This document shows positions 60,791-64,000 of a DNA stretch of 64,000 nt, piece after piece. Positions within the stretch are counted from its first letter, which is position 1; each line of letters starts with the position of its first letter. Origin of the DNA: Macrostomum hystrix (taxonomy: Eukaryota; Animalia; Platyhelminthes); the NCBI GenBank assembly GCA_950097015.1, contig CATNEN010000030.1, forward strand, positions 4,588,001 through 4,652,000, in the 5' to 3' direction. Under the pieces are notes generated by a model. That model made no database searches and was not told where the DNA came from. It saw nothing but the letters and a program-made list of their open reading frames with translations. The translations under genes were made by a program, and so were the position numbers.

Positions 60791-60999
60791 TCAGGCAAGT
60801 GCAGGCTACGAAAACTCTTAAACAGCGATAGAGCACAAACGTCATTATTTATTTTGTAGAGAATGAATTGTGCAGTGTGAGCAATGTACATAAAAATAGT
60901 CAAGGGACAGAGAGACATTGAAAAAGAGAGAAATACCGTAAATTCAAATATTAAAATACAACCACACCCCCTGGTCTCTACGAACGGCATATCGCCTCG

Positions 61000-61620
61000 C
61001 GGAGTTTCCTTTTTGATGCCGCGTTTTCGTCGCGGAGGGGAACCTCGACTGCACCAGCAGGGCGAGGTTGAAGAGAATCATAACACGGAAACCAGGACTG
61101 CCTGCGAAAGACGTCTGTAAAGACGTTCGCCGGGGGCTTTAGCGCTGCCAGCCCTGCACCACCGCTTCTAGCCGATCCAATCACTCTTCACCTAAGGCAG
61201 ACCCAACTGGCCAGGCATGCCAACCCGGCAGGAGCTCTAAGTGGGTGCCGAACCAAAGCACTGAAAATTCTACAGTACAAAAGAGCTGGCGGTGCGCCTA
61301 CAACTGGACGCGATTGCCATGCAATAATCAAAGCTATAATCAAAGCAGGTCGCAGCTGTGAGGAGCAGGTTGCCGAAATTGTGCAGGCCATCTGGGATGA
61401 CTGGCTATGCAAACTGCACCTTAAAAAGATCGCCATGACGCTGGACTGTTCCCGTGCATTTGAGCGGTTTGGGTAGCTCGTCTTCTCCAACGACTCATCG
61501 AATAATGTGCCCCACCCTATAATGGGCATCACTCTAGCGACAGCGCGCATCTGGCGTGCTACCAGCCCAAGCTGACCGGACATGTACAGGCAGTTTACAG
61601 CCAAAAAATACACAGCATGA
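61000..61620 (+). pseudogene. Degenerate non-LTR retrotransposon (LINE) reverse-transcriptase fragment
   Basis: The plus-strand frame reads GRSCEEQVAEIVQAIWDDW...KKIAMTLDCSRAFERF, matching the LINE RT region (GRSxxDQ...I...A..LDxSKAFD). It is bounded by stops and frameshifts. Confidence 0.6.
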
Positions 61621-61654
61621 CGGACCACGAGCCCAGCAGGCTGAATTACGGGTA

Positions 61655-61752
61655 GGCAACTACTACTGCTGCTACAACAACAACAACAACTACTACTACT
61701 ACTACTATTACTACTACTACAAATACTACTACTACTACGACCTACTACTACC
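61655..61752. repeat. Compound (CAA)n/(CTA)n microsatellite
   Basis: Directly visible. It follows the LINE relic and may be its tail. Confidence 0.9.
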
Positions 61753-62268
61753 CCAAGCAGCCCGAAGAAACATTGCATGTTGTCACTGTTTCGATGTCAG
61801 TGATATGAAGGAATATTAGGAAAGCATATGTACCTGCTCGCAAATCAAGTATAACAAAGGAGACTTTCTGGACGAGTGATAATTGCGCAACAAGCTAGAG
61901 GGTTCTACTCGTAAAAAGGAATTATGGACCAATGGTTACTTTTTTAGTTCGATTTCTTGACTCAATTTATCTCTTCAGCCAATGATAAACGCACAGCATG
62001 CCGTTGGTATTGTGCAAAATCTTCAGGCAGTAAGGAGCTACGGCATTTAGCAACCCGGTGCGGTGCAATAGGATTGAGGAGGCTATTAAGAAAGCTAACA
62101 AATACCTTATCGTTTCTAAGTATGATTGGAAACTAGAATTAGGAAGTCTTCTTTGCGGCACGAATGGTAAAAGCTTCTTACAGAATATAGAGAACTAGAA
62201 GGCTTGATACTTTTGAAAACAGCACCTAAAATATTAACACTACCCCTGAGCAATTGGTTCCTGCCAGC

Positions 62269-64000
62269 ATGGACACTGAGCTGCTTGCGGAGCGGTTCAC
62301 CCTGGCCCTTCTCGCCCAGCCGCAACTGCGTGTCGACGACGATTTGCAAATGATCATGGCCTGGTTTAAGGATCTATCCAGAGCGGAGGCTCAGAGGGGC
62401 AAAATTTGCGTGCTGGGAGAACTGGACGACAGTAAGAGCTTTTCGTCTTTTTTCTCTGCATGAAAAAGCGAAACTTCCTGTTTAGCTTGAAAGGGCTGAG
62501 AGCGTATCTGTGATTGAATATGCAGTGCTCCAGTTTTTGGGATGCTTCCTGCTGGTGCTTTTCTTCTTGCCAATTTGTGTCATACGAAAATGACATCTGA
62601 GGCAATCAAAGGTGCAAGTTTCCCCACGCCTATATGAGCGCCAATAGGAGCTAGAATAAATAAATGCTGGCTCATATATTGCTCTCTTAAGCTCTGAGCT
62701 TAACTTATAAGTTTATACATGAAAACACAAAGCTAAAACTATAACTTTAAAAAGTTTTCCTACTCAGTTAGGTATTTTGTGTTTATTCGAAGAAAGTGTT
62801 GCTAGAGTGTGCGCCTATCTTTCCGCTATTCGTCAGTCTATTTCGCACGCTCTTATACGACTATTAACTACTTTGGGGTCAGTTGCAGAGCGATCTAACG
62901 CGTTTGCCTCTCGCACCAAGGTCCCTGAGCTCGATTCCGCGGCGAGGCCACATTCATTTGGGACGGAGCCGCGGAGAGAAGGCTTGTGGGCTTGTCGTGC
63001 AGTTTACGTACGCCCTTTACGCCGTAAAGGGCCAAACTCCACAGTGATCTTCTAGTTGTCCTCGTGTTTTTCTTTTTTAACTAAAATGGCTTGATACGCA
63101 AATTCAATACTTTTTCGGTAAAGTATACTCATATGAAGTTCAGGGTCTGTAAATTATGCGTGGGAATCTTGAAATTCAGAAAGTATTGAATAGTACAGTC
63201 CTCATTAGCGATCACTTTCTTTTTTATTCTCGCATGCCACTCTCTAGAGTACGAAGAAAGCCGCTCGTTTTTATTTATAGCTTTTTGTTTTCGTTTTACA
63301 TAAATAATATCTTCAGGCGTACTAAAAGTGTTGGTCAAATACTCTTTATTGGAGACTCAACCGCGTGGCAAGCTGCTCATAAGAAAGGGTGAAAATGGTG
63401 ACTTCATGTATATCATCCTGTTGGGAGAGTGCGAGGTTCGCGTGTCTACTTCCGATGCCTCAGCCTGCAAGGAGGGCGACGTTATTCACGGTGGCCCCAA
63501 GGAGTTCGGCGACGCTCTTGGCGTTTTGGTCGGCATTGTCGGGCGTGAGTTAGTTTGCTTCGAACCTAATAAAACTGTAGGGCCGCTCTATAAAATAGAG
63601 GTATGAGCATATTAATAGGAAACTACGCCTATAAAGATGCAGGTGCAGGCATGGGGAGGCAACGTCAGGAAGTGGGAGCATTTGGCCCAAGCAGAGCATG
63701 GGACGCCAGTCCACCTCTAAACTCGCGCCTTTTTTGGTTGATTCTCAGGCATAAGATGCCTAAATTCCGATCGAGGATTTGGTAATATCAGAGGAAAGCT
63801 TTGCAGTGGAGCTAAGGACCTTTACTACCTGTAATTTACTGAACTTACTGCTTTAAGTTTATCTTACATATGTACTAATAGGACAAATATTCTACATTTT
63901 AGAAGGGGCCTTGATCGGAGAGGTGGCTCTCGTTCGCAAGGTGGTTCGTACAGCGAACGTAATGCACTATGGTTCGAATATCCAGGTCACTATATCAACG
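62269..64000 (+). CDS. Cyclic-nucleotide-binding-domain protein (CNBD1/CNBD2-like), 3'-partial
   Basis: Exons 62269-62431, 63317-63544 and 63903 onward join in phase 1 and 1. They encode LLIRKGENGDFMYIILLGECEV (cNMP-binding beta barrel) and the phosphate-binding cassette GALIGEVALVRKVVRTANV. An upstream exon cannot be excluded. Confidence 0.75.
62875..63048 (+). mobile_element. tRNA-derived SINE family 1, copy D (3'-truncated)
   Basis: GGGGTCAGTTGCAGAGCGATCTAACGCGTTTGCCTCTCGCACC...GCTCGATTCCGCGGCGAGGCCACAT matches copies A-C. It lies in intron 1 of the CNBD gene. Confidence 0.8.

Noticed and set aside
63012-63056. Helitron 3' end (hairpin, then CTAG|T at 63052-63056)
   Set aside because: The hairpin is embedded in SINE-homologous sequence, the spacer is 19 nt and no matching 5' end was found.

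Overview
Eukaryotic (invertebrate metazoan) genomic DNA with GT-AG introns, not prokaryotic. The gene set, GC-rich exons, AT-rich introns and abundant minisatellites suggest a lophotrochozoan, possibly a flatworm such as Macrostomum (inference only). Six protein-coding genes can be reconstructed by hand with phase-consistent splice junctions: an MFSD4/NaGLT1-like MFS transporter (+, 5296-9652), a compact CBP/p300 acetyltransferase (+, 15167-21403), an odd-skipped-family C2H2 factor (+, about 25471-28781), an intronless DEG/ENaC subunit with an atypical pore (-, 32617-34449), a 7-EC protocadherin (-, 57554 to probably 39785) and the start of a cyclic-nucleotide-binding-domain gene (+, 62269 to the window end). 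The mobile DNA is the most striking part. (i) Two non-autonomous Helitrons are joined head-to-tail (CTAG|TC junction at 48481/48482) inside a protocadherin intron and carry about 6 kb of modular 18-bp and 23-bp satellites with a 1127-bp higher-order repeat. (ii) A 1576-bp internally deleted P-element (THAP plus C-terminal remnant, perfect 32-bp TIRs, 8-bp TSD) is inserted in a tRNA-derived SINE in an MFS intron. (iii) There are also a 280-bp MITE with an 8-bp TSD, a decayed intron-containing Mutator transposase, a LINE RT relic, two SINE families and several minisatellites. No CRISPR array, rRNA or bona fide tRNA was found. All calls come from manual reading; no database searches were run.
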